20,000 nt of DNA from an uncultured virus (IMG/VR IMGVR_UViG_3300042554_003148) (lineage: Duplodnaviria > Heunggongvirae > Uroviricota > Caudoviricetes), in IMG/VR virus record IMGVR_UViG_3300042554_003148, one strand, 5' to 3'. Numbering within the stretch: position 1 is the stretch's first letter; each line of letters opens with the position of its first letter. The translations under genes were made by a program, and so were the position numbers. Shown here one piece after another: positions 10,134-18,389 of the stretch. The notes beneath the pieces were generated by a model. It searched no databases. It had not been told where the DNA came from and was given only the letters and a program-made list of their open reading frames with translations.

Positions 10134-12161
10134 TTATCTGTAAATTCCTTGATAAATATCGTCATCATTAACATTCGATGTGAACCATTCGGGACCTTTA
10201 TATAGTTTATTACTTTGTTGATTAACTAAATCTCTACTATCTCCACCAACAATATCATAATTTGGAGACTGTAAGGTTCTATTTAATTGTCTAGCTATCA
10301 TATTAGCTATCAATAATGAACTATATCGGTCTTTTCGTAATCTTCCTTTTTTACCATTTGGTAATTTTACTTCCGGAGTATCCCATCTGTCTCTTGCTTG
10401 TGGACCAGTGCTAGTTTGGGTCATAACTATAGTTGTTAATTCGTTTTTAAGTTCTTCTATTTCTAGTATGCATTCACTAACGCTATCATATAATGGATTT
10501 AAATCGTCGTCTAAGATATTTTTTCCTTCTTTTTCCATAGCAAGACCAAGTGTAAGATTATCAAAACGTGGAAATAGTAATATTTTATCTTCTAGATCTT
10601 TTCTTAATCCATGATTAGCTTGACTTGTCCAATCTGCCTTTGCAAATTGTACTAGTTCCAGAATGTGTAAACCTTGTTGAGAATCAGTATCTTTTGCTTT
10701 GTCATAATCAATAATTGGCCATATTAGTTGTTCATTATCTTGAAGCTTGCCAGGATCGTGCAAAGCTTCTTCTATTGCAACGCCACCCCCTTGAGCATCC
10801 ATTCCTATTCTAATAGGAGGAAAGGTTTTCATAAGATCTCTAATTTTTCTAGAACAAAAACTATAAAAGTCATATTCTTGTGCTAGTCCAACCTTTTGTC
10901 TTTCTTTAAAATTATTTCTATTTGTTGCCCAACAATATACTATTCTAGAATGATCCGGATGAACTTCTAATATTACTATACTAAAATTATCTTGTTCACT
11001 AGCAGGATCGATACCGTAAACATAATGTAAATTAGGATTACCTTGAGTTATAGCATCAAAAACTACTGGTTTGTTACCAATTGTTATTGCCGGATAATCT
11101 TTTGTAACACAACTTTCTATTAAACTTCTTCTAAAAAATCCCTGACTATCATTAACGAAACATGCAGCATATTCCATATTATATATACCAACATGAATAG
11201 TAGCTTTTGCTCTACTTACTTGTTTATCATCCATAAATCCTTTAGGTATTAATTCATAGGGTATACGAATAATACTATAATCTTTCCAATTAAAATTTGG
11301 TGGAATTTCTCCATTAAAGATTTCTCGTAGTTTTCTTTCTTCGCCTTTACTTTCTATAATACTTTTATATCTTTTCCAGTACTGAGCAAAATGCTTGAAA
11401 CCGTAGTCTGCTGTTCCACTTATCACTGCTTGATTATTAATTCTTCTAGAAATAGTATCTAATTCTTCGCTCCATACTCCTGCTAATTTCATAGCTGCTT
11501 TTTTAGCTTCTTCTTTAACGTTCTGAATTGGACTGGCACTAACAGCAGCGAAACCAGAAACTACCGTCTCATAAATATCTGGAGATATACTACTAAACTC
11601 ATCTGCTAAAATAATATGAGCGCGTAAACCTCTAATCTTATCTCCATTACCTAAAGGAATAGCTATGGCCCAACTATCTCCCAGTCTTATAGTACATCTA
11701 TCAACATCTCGTCGTGGACCATCTTCGTTGCCATTGAATATGCTTCTTAAAATAGGACTATTTTTCCACATATTTTCCATATATTCAAAGATAATTTTAC
11801 TTTGTCTAAAAGCAGCACCAACTATAACCACCTTGGTCCCTGGATAGAAAGCACACTTTAGTACCGCATACAGAGCTAACAGAAAGCTTTTACTAAAACC
11901 ACGACTACCAATAAGCATAGGGAAAGGACGATTCCACATTTCTTGTAGAACCATAGTCTGCATAGGATGTAATTCTATGTTAAAAATAAGTTTACAGGTT
12001 GATCCTATATAATATGGATTTCTTAAAATTCTTAATAGATGCAAGTCTGGATTTTCTATATCTTCCTTTGTCCTATGAATCATAGGATTATTAGGAATAC
12101 TAAGAGCACTTATATCTCCTAGTCCAAGCCAAGCATTATCAAAACTTTTAAAATCAACCAT
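10134..12161 (-). CDS. terL: Terminase large subunit (675 aa)
   Basis: LHPMQ motif, Walker A-like GSRGFSKS, Walker B RGLRAHIILADE, coupling motif ISGTA, nuclease motifs YVYGIDPA and KDRYSSL. Confidence 0.92.
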   Translation of the reverse strand: MVDFKSFDNAWLGLGDISALSIPNNPMIHRTKEDIENPDLHLLRILRNPYYIGSTCKLIFNIELHPMQTMVLQEMWNRPFPMLIGSRGFSKSFLLALYAVLKCAFYPGTKVVIVGAAFRQSKIIFEYMENMWKNSPILRSIFNGNEDGPRRDVDRCTIRLGDSWAIAIPLGNGDKIRGLRAHIILADEFSSISPDIYETVVSGFAAVSASPIQNVKEEAKKAAMKLAGVWSEELDTISRRINNQAVISGTADYGFKHFAQYWKRYKSIIESKGEERKLREIFNGEIPPNFNWKDYSIIRIPYELIPKGFMDDKQVSRAKATIHVGIYNMEYAACFVNDSQGFFRRSLIESCVTKDYPAITIGNKPVVFDAITQGNPNLHYVYGIDPASEQDNFSIVILEVHPDHSRIVYCWATNRNNFKERQKVGLAQEYDFYSFCSRKIRDLMKTFPPIRIGMDAQGGGVAIEEALHDPGKLQDNEQLIWPIIDYDKAKDTDSQQGLHILELVQFAKADWTSQANHGLRKDLEDKILLFPRFDNLTLGLAMEKEGKNILDDDLNPLYDSVSECILEIEELKNELTTIVMTQTSTGPQARDRWDTPEVKLPNGKKGRLRKDRYSSLLIANMIARQLNRTLQSPNYDIVGGDSRDLVNQQSNKLYKGPEWFTSNVNDDDIYQGIYR

Positions 12162-12723
12162 TAGATTGCTTTATTAATCTTCTAGAAGTTTTTATCGCTC
12201 TTTTAACTATCATAGATGCTACAGACTCAATGTATGGTAAGCTTCTTTTTGCGCTTTCTTCTTTTAGCCAACCTAGGATAGTTGGTAAATTTTGTTCGCA
12301 CCAGTCATTACCTTTTTCATTCATTTCTATAGCATGGCGTCTGCAAGAACAATTTGGGGTACTTTTAATTCCCATTGTGCTAATCATATTTGTTAATATG
12401 GTTCCTGGACCATTAGGAAATTCTTCTAAGGTTTTGGGAAATTTGCTTCTAAGCTTGGTTGCGGTATCATCTTTAATGCTATCATATAGTAGTTGTTCTA
12501 GTGTGGATCTATTAACATCCCCAAGCTTCTCATAATCGATACCATTTGCAATAACAAATGAACCAGGAATATTTCTAACAGTTGCAGAAACTATCTTGTT
12601 GGTTGGATTGTCGTGATAGGTAACATCTAAATAATCCATAACTAATGGTGGTGGATTAACTAATTGATTATTTTGATCAGTATATGGTGGCGGATAGATG
12701 GTGACTGAATTTTCAAGTTTCAT
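12154..12723 (-). CDS. Hypothetical protein with C-terminal Cys-containing domain (189 aa)
   Basis: Overlaps both neighbours; GGAG RBS; C-terminal GPGT...GI....CSC...A..MN..G..WC motif. Confidence 0.75.
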   Translation of the reverse strand: MKLENSVTIYPPPYTDQNNQLVNPPPLVMDYLDVTYHDNPTNKIVSATVRNIPGSFVIANGIDYEKLGDVNRSTLEQLLYDSIKDDTATKLRSKFPKTLEEFPNGPGTILTNMISTMGIKSTPNCSCRRHAIEMNEKGNDWCEQNLPTILGWLKEESAKRSLPYIESVASMIVKRAIKTSRRLIKQSNG

Positions 12724-13201
12724 TTTGGTTCTCCTTTGGTTTATTGTTTATGAGGTAAATCCTTTTAATAATATATTCTGCTACTTTTTCTGCATTAGAT
12801 GCATTATTACAAAATAATACTTTAATATCGTATTTAAGCTGCCAATCTAATATATTCTTCATTATAAATGCTGGAGTAATTCTAACTTTATCCCACATTC
12901 TTTTTGGTAGATTTGATCCTATAGGATAGTTTAACACATCATTCATGCTAAATTCTAATAGGAAAAATGAATATTTAAGTTGGCTCATTCTATGTACAAC
13001 ATCTTTGAACCGTGGTTCAATAATATTATTAGCAATTTCATTTATACTCTTTTTACGTTCTATAGCAAAAACGTCCTGAAGACCTTCTATACTATAATCG
13101 CCAGTATCTAATTTTTTATTAGCAACTACATAATCCTCAAAAGACCACGGTTGTTGCTCTCTGGTATCTATTATGATCGTAAAGTCTTCATTATTTATCA
13201 T
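12713..13201 (-). CDS. ERCC4/XPF-family nuclease (162 aa)
   Basis: IIIDTREQQP, LDTGDYSI and IERKKS match the ERCC4 GDxnERK active-site signature. Confidence 0.85.
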   Translation of the reverse strand: MINNEDFTIIIDTREQQPWSFEDYVVANKKLDTGDYSIEGLQDVFAIERKKSINEIANNIIEPRFKDVVHRMSQLKYSFFLLEFSMNDVLNYPIGSNLPKRMWDKVRITPAFIMKNILDWQLKYDIKVLFCNNASNAEKVAEYIIKRIYLINNKPKENQNET

Positions 13202-13469
13202 TTGATTTTTTATTATCAGATATTAATTTGCTAAAAACTGCTTCGTATGCGTTTTCGTTTCCTTCTATAAGAGAGTGATGAAATTTACACAAAGTGATTC
13301 CGTTATTTATATTATATCTCAAATCAACGCTATCAACCCATCTTTTGATATGGTGAACATGTAATTTTTTAGATGCTAAACATCCTGGCCATTGACATTT
13401 GTATTGATCTCGTTTTTTAACCTCTTGTCTAAAATTTTTGTATAATGGATCGTTATAATTTCTAAACAT
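13191..13469 (-). CDS. HNH endonuclease (92 aa)
   Basis: RDQYKCQWPGC, LHVHHIK and NGITLCKFHH motifs. Confidence 0.9.
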   Translation of the reverse strand: MFRNYNDPLYKNFRQEVKKRDQYKCQWPGCLASKKLHVHHIKRWVDSVDLRYNINNGITLCKFHHSLIEGNENAYEAVFSKLISDNKKSNDK

Positions 13470-14454
13470 TAGCGTAAACTTTAATGTCGCTTTGTATCAT
13501 TTCGCTAACTAAATCATCAAAAGAAGTTGATGGAATCCATCCTAGTACTTTTTGAGCTTTAAGAGATCGGCCACATAAATAGTCAACTTCTGCTGGTCGA
13601 TATAATGACGGATCAATTTCCACATATTGTTTGTAGTCTAGATCCACACTCTCAAAAGATTTGATAACAAAATTTAATACGCTATGAGTTTGACCGGTAC
13701 AAATAACAAAGTCGTCAGGAACATCTTGCTGTAGCATCAAATACATAGCATATACATAATCTTTAGCGTGACCCCAATCTCTGTAAGCTTGAAGATTACC
13801 AAGTTTTAAACTGTCTGATGTTTTCTTGTTAACTAATTGGCCAATATATTTGGTAACTTTTCGCGTTAGAAAATTTTCGCCACGTCGCGGACTTTCATGA
13901 TTAAATAGTATGCCGCTAGTAGCAAAGATATTATAAGCATCACGATATATTCGTACCAAATTGTGACTAGCAACTTTGCTAACAGCATACGGACTTTGTG
14001 GAATTAGTGGAGTATTTTCATCTTGATATTTATTATTATCTTTATCCACACTATAATTTTTACCAAACATTTCGCTAGTGCTAGCTTGATAATATTTTGT
14101 AGCAGATGATGTGGTTCTTATGCCCTCTAAAATATGTAAAACTCCCATGGTATTAATATCAAACGTTGTGGAGGGCTGGTGAAAACTGGTTCCCACATGA
14201 CTCATAGCGGCTAAGTTATAGAATTCGTCTGGTTCGTATTGTTTTAATATGGATAGTATTACTGAAGGATCTGTAAGATCAAATTCCAAAAGAGTTAAAT
14301 TAGGATGATCTACTATACTGGATATTCTTTCAAAATGATACGAACTACTACGTCTATATAATCCAATAACTTTGTAGTCTTTTTCTAATAATAGTTCGGC
14401 TAGATAGCTGCCATCTTGACCAGTAATGCCTGTTATTATAGCTGTTTTATTCAT
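13462..14454 (-). CDS. gmd: GDP-mannose 4,6-dehydratase (330 aa)
   Basis: ITGITGQDGSYLAE, YNLAAMSHV, YQASTSEMFG, SPYAVSK, LFNHESPRRGENF and RDWGHAKDYV are all Gmd signatures. Confidence 0.96.
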   Translation of the reverse strand: MNKTAIITGITGQDGSYLAELLLEKDYKVIGLYRRSSSYHFERISSIVDHPNLTLLEFDLTDPSVILSILKQYEPDEFYNLAAMSHVGTSFHQPSTTFDINTMGVLHILEGIRTTSSATKYYQASTSEMFGKNYSVDKDNNKYQDENTPLIPQSPYAVSKVASHNLVRIYRDAYNIFATSGILFNHESPRRGENFLTRKVTKYIGQLVNKKTSDSLKLGNLQAYRDWGHAKDYVYAMYLMLQQDVPDDFVICTGQTHSVLNFVIKSFESVDLDYKQYVEIDPSLYRPAEVDYLCGRSLKAQKVLGWIPSTSFDDLVSEMIQSDIKVYANV

Positions 14455-15277
14455 TGTGATTTTCCATAAATTCTGGTGTTAGTAATGGTACGTCCACAGT
14501 ATTGTCTTGATAAGTATGATATTGTTGCATTCTTTCTTTGGCTCCGTTTGCTGCCATTCCAAGAATTTCCATTTCTTTGCCTTCTTTTTCTCTGACTATT
14601 TCATCTTCTAGCATTCGTATTAAACCAACCCAACTACTTTTGCCATCTTCTATTCTTTTTATTCTTTGTTCCCTAGTAGCTTTAAGATCCTTGCTAATTT
14701 TTTGCTGTTCGTTAAGAAGTTTGGTATATTCATTAGTGTAATTAGCGATACTGTTGCGGGCAAACGACAATTGAGTTTCGAGATTAGCCAGTTTCGGTAT
14801 ATCTCTTTGATCCTCACTTTTTTCATATTCTTTATCCACAAGCTTTTGTAATTTTTCAGTTTCGCTAATGTGTCTTTTTCGTTCCTTCATGCTACGGTTA
14901 ATTAATATATCAATAGTGATAAATTGTTTAATTTGCAACTCTTCTGCTGGTAAAACGTCTTCTCTAAACTGTTTTATTAGTCCAACCCAAGTATCTTCAA
15001 AGTATTGGAGTTCGCCGCTGTCCGCATCAAATTGACGTGTAATTTCTACCCAAAAGGTTTTACTATGTAATTTATCTTTTAGGGTTTCATAAGCCGCTTT
15101 GTCTTCTGGATCAATTAGTAAATTATTTTCATTAATATATCGCTTAATTGGTCCTTCATGACGATTAAGATTAGATGATATAGTATCTATGCTTAATAAA
15201 TTAACATTCTCACGAATATAAGCTTCTTCATCTAAACTTAGTTGTCCTCGTTTTTTGGGAATTCTGTTGGCTTCCAC
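14447..15277 (-). CDS. Putative terminase small subunit (N-terminal HTH-like, long coiled coil; 276 aa)
   Basis: Basic start then EEAYIRENV..LSIDTIS..LNR HTH-like segment, long helical region, location upstream of terL. Function is inferred from context only. Confidence 0.45.
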   Translation of the reverse strand: MEANRIPKKRGQLSLDEEAYIRENVNLLSIDTISSNLNRHEGPIKRYINENNLLIDPEDKAAYETLKDKLHSKTFWVEITRQFDADSGELQYFEDTWVGLIKQFREDVLPAEELQIKQFITIDILINRSMKERKRHISETEKLQKLVDKEYEKSEDQRDIPKLANLETQLSFARNSIANYTNEYTKLLNEQQKISKDLKATREQRIKRIEDGKSSWVGLIRMLEDEIVREKEGKEMEILGMAANGAKERMQQYHTYQDNTVDVPLLTPEFMENHNE

Positions 15278-15879
15278 TGGTGCTCCTTCATTATTTCAGC
15301 GATGTGTTTTTTAAGTTTAGTTAATTCTGACTTATTAATTTTTTGATTGTGTTTTAATTTTAAATAGCTTTCTCTATATTCTGATCTTATATTAGAATCT
15401 AAAAAAGATACTATTTCTGAGCTTTCATGAGAAGTACTAGATGCTGACAATAACGATAAATCTTCAACATAAGATGGCTTGGCTATGTTCTTTTTAGCAT
15501 CGTTTCGCTTGGCCCATGAAGCATATGGTTCGCATTCCTTTTTGTCAATAAATTTAGAGCACTGATTGTTAGAAACTTTATAAGCAGCATCGTATAGTGG
15601 ACACGTTAAACAAGGCTTGTCTGGTCTTTGATAGTTATTTCTTTTGTAATTAAATAACCGATTTCGCACATGAGTCCATAAAAAGTTTTCTAATGGCCTT
15701 TTATAATCATAATTTTTTAATCCTTCTAACGCAAATATGGCCGCTTGTTGTTTCATGTCCTCGGCACTGTGATAGCCGAATTTAAATTTGTGAGCTAATT
15801 TTTTAGTAATTTTATCTAATACTTGTAAAAATTCAGCATCTGAAACTTGATTTTTATTTTCCAGAATTTTTTTCTTCAT
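15238..15879 (-). CDS. Phage RNA polymerase sigma-like factor (213 aa)
   Basis: AEDMKQQAAIFALEGLKNYD..RPLENFLWTHVRNRLFNYKR resembles sigma-70 region 2; followed by a four-Cys segment and a helical C-terminus. Confidence 0.75.
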   Translation of the reverse strand: MKKKILENKNQVSDAEFLQVLDKITKKLAHKFKFGYHSAEDMKQQAAIFALEGLKNYDYKRPLENFLWTHVRNRLFNYKRNNYQRPDKPCLTCPLYDAAYKVSNNQCSKFIDKKECEPYASWAKRNDAKKNIAKPSYVEDLSLLSASSTSHESSEIVSFLDSNIRSEYRESYLKLKHNQKINKSELTKLKKHIAEIMKEHQWKPTEFPKNEDN

Positions 15880-16015
15880 TATCTAGTAGAATTGATATAT
15901 CCTCTCCGTCTGGTAGTTGCAGATCGCTTTGAGCCTGGTCCACAATACATCCTGATGCTTTGACCGATAAGATCGAAGATGTAAGATTGGTAATATTAGA
16001 ATCAAAATTAATCAT
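15854..16015 (-). CDS. Small hypothetical protein (53 aa)
   Basis: ATG at 16015 (MINFDSN) after AAGGGG; first ORF of the leftward operon. The track start at 16042 lies in the promoter region. Confidence 0.5.
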   Translation of the reverse strand: MINFDSNITNLTSSILSVKASGCIVDQAQSDLQLPDGEDISILLDNEEKNSGK

Positions 16016-16025
16016 ATTGAGCCCC

Positions 16026-16079
16026 TTGCTTAAAAGAACCAAAACTATAATATAATAGAGTTGATCATCACATTGTCAA
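16026..16079. promoter_or_regulatory. Overlapping sigma-70-type promoters at the strand switch
   Basis: Minus: TTGACA (16074-16079)-N16-TATTAT. Plus: TTGCTT (16026-16031) upstream of TATAATATAAT (16046-16056). The -10 regions overlap. Confidence 0.55.
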
Positions 16080-16105
16080 TATTTACACTATATGGAGAGA
16101 ATAAA

Positions 16106-16342
16106 ATGAGCTACAGAAAATGGGGTCAGGTTGAATTGGATTTTATCCGCGATAATTTTAATGTTATTTCTGATGATGAAATTGCTGTACGATTGAGTCA
16201 AATAACAAATAGTAGTATTACTACTCCTATGGTGCGACGACAAAGGCGCAAACTTGGTATTCAAAAGCCACGAGGTCGTCAACCAAAGAACAAAAATGCC
16301 TCAATGCCAGCATCGTTTGCATCATCAAATGATAATGGTTGA
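16106..16342 (+). CDS. Small HTH-like DNA-binding protein with basic AT-hook-like tail (78 aa)
   Basis: ATG at 16106 after GGAGAG; W...E..FI......SD.EIA..L ... VRRQRRKLG pattern followed by KPRGRQPK. Confidence 0.7.
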   Translation: MSYRKWGQVELDFIRDNFNVISDDEIAVRLSQITNSSITTPMVRRQRRKLGIQKPRGRQPKNKNASMPASFASSNDNG

Positions 16343-16375
16343 ACATAAAATTTTAAATTAGATTATGATAAAATT

Positions 16376-16399
16376 GGGGCATTAAGTTGCCCCTTTTTT
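16376..16399 (+). terminator. Rho-independent terminator
   Basis: GGGGCA-TTAAGT-TGCCCC-TTTTTT after the HTH gene. Confidence 0.75.
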
Positions 16400-16428
16400 A
16401 TTTAACCATATAGCATAAGGAAAATAAT

Positions 16429-17346
16429 ATGAAAGTTTTAGTTACTGGTGGTAATGGATTTTTAGGGTCTAGAATTATGAAAGTTCTAAAAGATCAAGGT
16501 TATGATGCTTCAACATTTAGATCAAGAAATTTTGATTTGTGCAATCCTAAGCAAACTAAGGATGCTTTTGATAGATATCGGCCAGATGCTGTGATACACT
16601 GTGCTGCTGTGGTTGGTGGAATAGGGGCAAATAGAGTTAATCCAGGATCATTTTTTTATCAAAACATGATGATGGGATTAAATGTTATTGAAAATTGTAG
16701 AGTTTTTGATGTGAGTAAAGTTGTGCAGATAGGAACGGTTTGTAGTTATCCTAAATATACTCCGGTTCCTTTTAGTGAGGATAGTTTGTGGGACGGCTAT
16801 CCGGAAGAAACTAATGCTCCGTACGGAATAGCTAAAAAAGCTCTTTATGTTATGGTAGAAGCTTATAAAAATCAATATGATCTAAATGGTTGCGTATTGG
16901 TGCCTTGTAATTTATATGGGCCAAATGATAATTTTGATCCTGGTAGTAGTCATGTTATTCCGGCTTTGATTAAAAAGTTTATTGATGCAAAACAAAATAA
17001 CAATACCGAGGTAGAATGTTGGGGAAGCGGAAGTGCCACACGAGAATTTTTATATGTGGATGATGCTGCTGAGGCTATAGTAAAAAGCTTGAGCGTGGAT
17101 ACTGATTCTAAGCCTATTAATCTGGGCGGTGGTGTTGAAATAACAATAAAAGATTTAGCAGAAAAAATAAAACTATTTGTTGGATACGATGGAAATATAG
17201 CTTGGAATAGCGATCAGCCAGATGGTCAGCCACGAAGATTTCTTGATGTATCACGAGCCAAAAAGGTACTGAGCTGGGAACCAAAGGTAAGTTTTGATGC
17301 TGGATTAAAAGAGACTATAGAGTGGTACGGGGCTAATAAAAAATGA
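16429..17346 (+). CDS. fcl: GDP-L-fucose synthase (epimerase/reductase, 305 aa)
   Basis: TGGNGFLG, AAVVGGIGAN, GTVCSYP, YGIAKK (YxxxK), NLYGPNDNF, SSHVIPAL, WGSGSATREFLYVDD and PDGQPRR. Confidence 0.95.
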   Translation: MKVLVTGGNGFLGSRIMKVLKDQGYDASTFRSRNFDLCNPKQTKDAFDRYRPDAVIHCAAVVGGIGANRVNPGSFFYQNMMMGLNVIENCRVFDVSKVVQIGTVCSYPKYTPVPFSEDSLWDGYPEETNAPYGIAKKALYVMVEAYKNQYDLNGCVLVPCNLYGPNDNFDPGSSHVIPALIKKFIDAKQNNNTEVECWGSGSATREFLYVDDAAEAIVKSLSVDTDSKPINLGGGVEITIKDLAEKIKLFVGYDGNIAWNSDQPDGQPRRFLDVSRAKKVLSWEPKVSFDAGLKETIEWYGANKK

Positions 17347-17768
17347 ATATTAAACTTTTAGAAGCTACGGATAATATACAAGATTATATAGATTGCGTGA
17401 AGGATCTAAATAGTCATTATACTAATTTGAGTTCAATAGAAGATATTAAATATGTGCTAGAGCACAGACCGTCAAATATATTAACTTTTGTGATGGTGAA
17501 CGATAGTGATAGGATAGTATCAACAGCAACGGTGATTATGGAAAAAAAATTAAGATATCAAAATTTATGTATGCATATAGAGGATGTTGGCACTCATCCA
17601 CATTTTCGTAATCTTGGATACGGTTCGGAACTAATTCGATACTGCGTAAAAATAGCAGAAGAGAACAAATGCTACAAAGTTAAATTGAATTGTGAAAAAG
17701 ATTTAGTAAGCTTCTATGAGAAACTAGATTTTAAGGTTGGCGGAAACCACATGGGGCGATCATTATAG
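17343..17768 (+). CDS. GNAT acetyltransferase, GNA1 (glucosamine-6-phosphate N-acetyltransferase)-like (141 aa)
   Basis: IVSTATVIMEKK, HIEDV..HP.FRNLGYG and CYKVKLNC....V.FYEKLDF match the GNA1 subfamily pattern; ATGA overlap with fcl. Confidence 0.8.
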   Translation: MNIKLLEATDNIQDYIDCVKDLNSHYTNLSSIEDIKYVLEHRPSNILTFVMVNDSDRIVSTATVIMEKKLRYQNLCMHIEDVGTHPHFRNLGYGSELIRYCVKIAEENKCYKVKLNCEKDLVSFYEKLDFKVGGNHMGRSL

Positions 17769-17885
17769 TTTAGGTAAGACATTTGTTTTAGTTTTGGCTT
17801 ACTATGTTTAGACCACCGCCGGTTTTTTGAGACTGATTCTCAATATCAAACCAAAATGAAAAAACCCCCCTACTAAGCGGGTGAC

Positions 17886-18032
17886 GCAAAATGCTGTGCA
17901 AAATGCTACAGTATGACGCAAAATGCTACAGTGATCCTTACCCCCGTCTCAAAATGAGAATGCTGTAACCCTATATTTTTCAAGGGGTTACGAAAAATCC
18001 TATTTTTTTTCTCGAATGGCACGACATTCGCA
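17886..18032 (+). promoter_or_regulatory. Module A upstream region: putative enhancer boxes, 21-bp dyad repeat, IHF-like palindrome, sigma-54 promoter
   Basis: GCAAAATGCT at 17886, 17898 and 17918; ACCCCCGTCTCAAAATGAGAA at 17940-17960; palindrome at 17964-17992; TGGCACG-ACAT-TCGCA at 18017-18032 with correct GG-N10-GC spacing. Confidence 0.7.
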
Positions 18033-18090
18033 TATATATCTGGTATCGAAACAAGGGGTTTCGGAAACAAGTAGAAAAAGGATAGATAAG

Positions 18091-18321
18091 ATGGAAAACA
18101 TGATTGTGCTCAATACGGTTCGTGAGTTGTGCGAGTTGATCAACAATACGACCATGACCACGTTTGTTGGTCGTGTTGCTTTTGCAATGGACCTTCTGGA
18201 AAGGGTTCGCCATAATGATAACATGATCGAAATCAATCATGAGTTGGGATTCTGCGATGATGGTGGATTCATCCAGATTGATGAGATGGGTTATGTGGTC
18301 GATGATTATGCGATCCAGTGA
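18091..18321 (+). CDS. Small acidic hypothetical protein (76 aa)
   Basis: ATG at 18091 (MENMIVL) after AAGGA. The track start at 18016 falls inside the sigma-54 motif. Confidence 0.65.
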   Translation: MENMIVLNTVRELCELINNTTMTTFVGRVAFAMDLLERVRHNDNMIEINHELGFCDDGGFIQIDEMGYVVDDYAIQ

Positions 18322-18331
18322 TTCCCTATAA

Positions 18332-18366
18332 GGGGGGTTGTGGCAGCGAAAAAGTTTGGTAGGATC
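18332..18366 (+). promoter_or_regulatory. Repeated sigma-70-like promoter, copy 1
   Basis: GGGGGG-TTGTGG-N16-TAGGAT with an extended -10 TG; near-identical copy at 19256-19290. Confidence 0.6.
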
Positions 18367-18389
18367 ATAGAAAAGAAAGAGAGAAAAAG

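Noticed and set aside
2903..16875. Short antisense or alternate-frame ORFs in the track (e.g. 2903-3094, 4787-5092, 6310-6651, 6667-6888, 8116-8433, 8593-8883, 12230-12535, 16088-16282, 16678-16875)
   Set aside because: They are shadows of well-supported genes, with antisense-type composition and no recognisable motifs.
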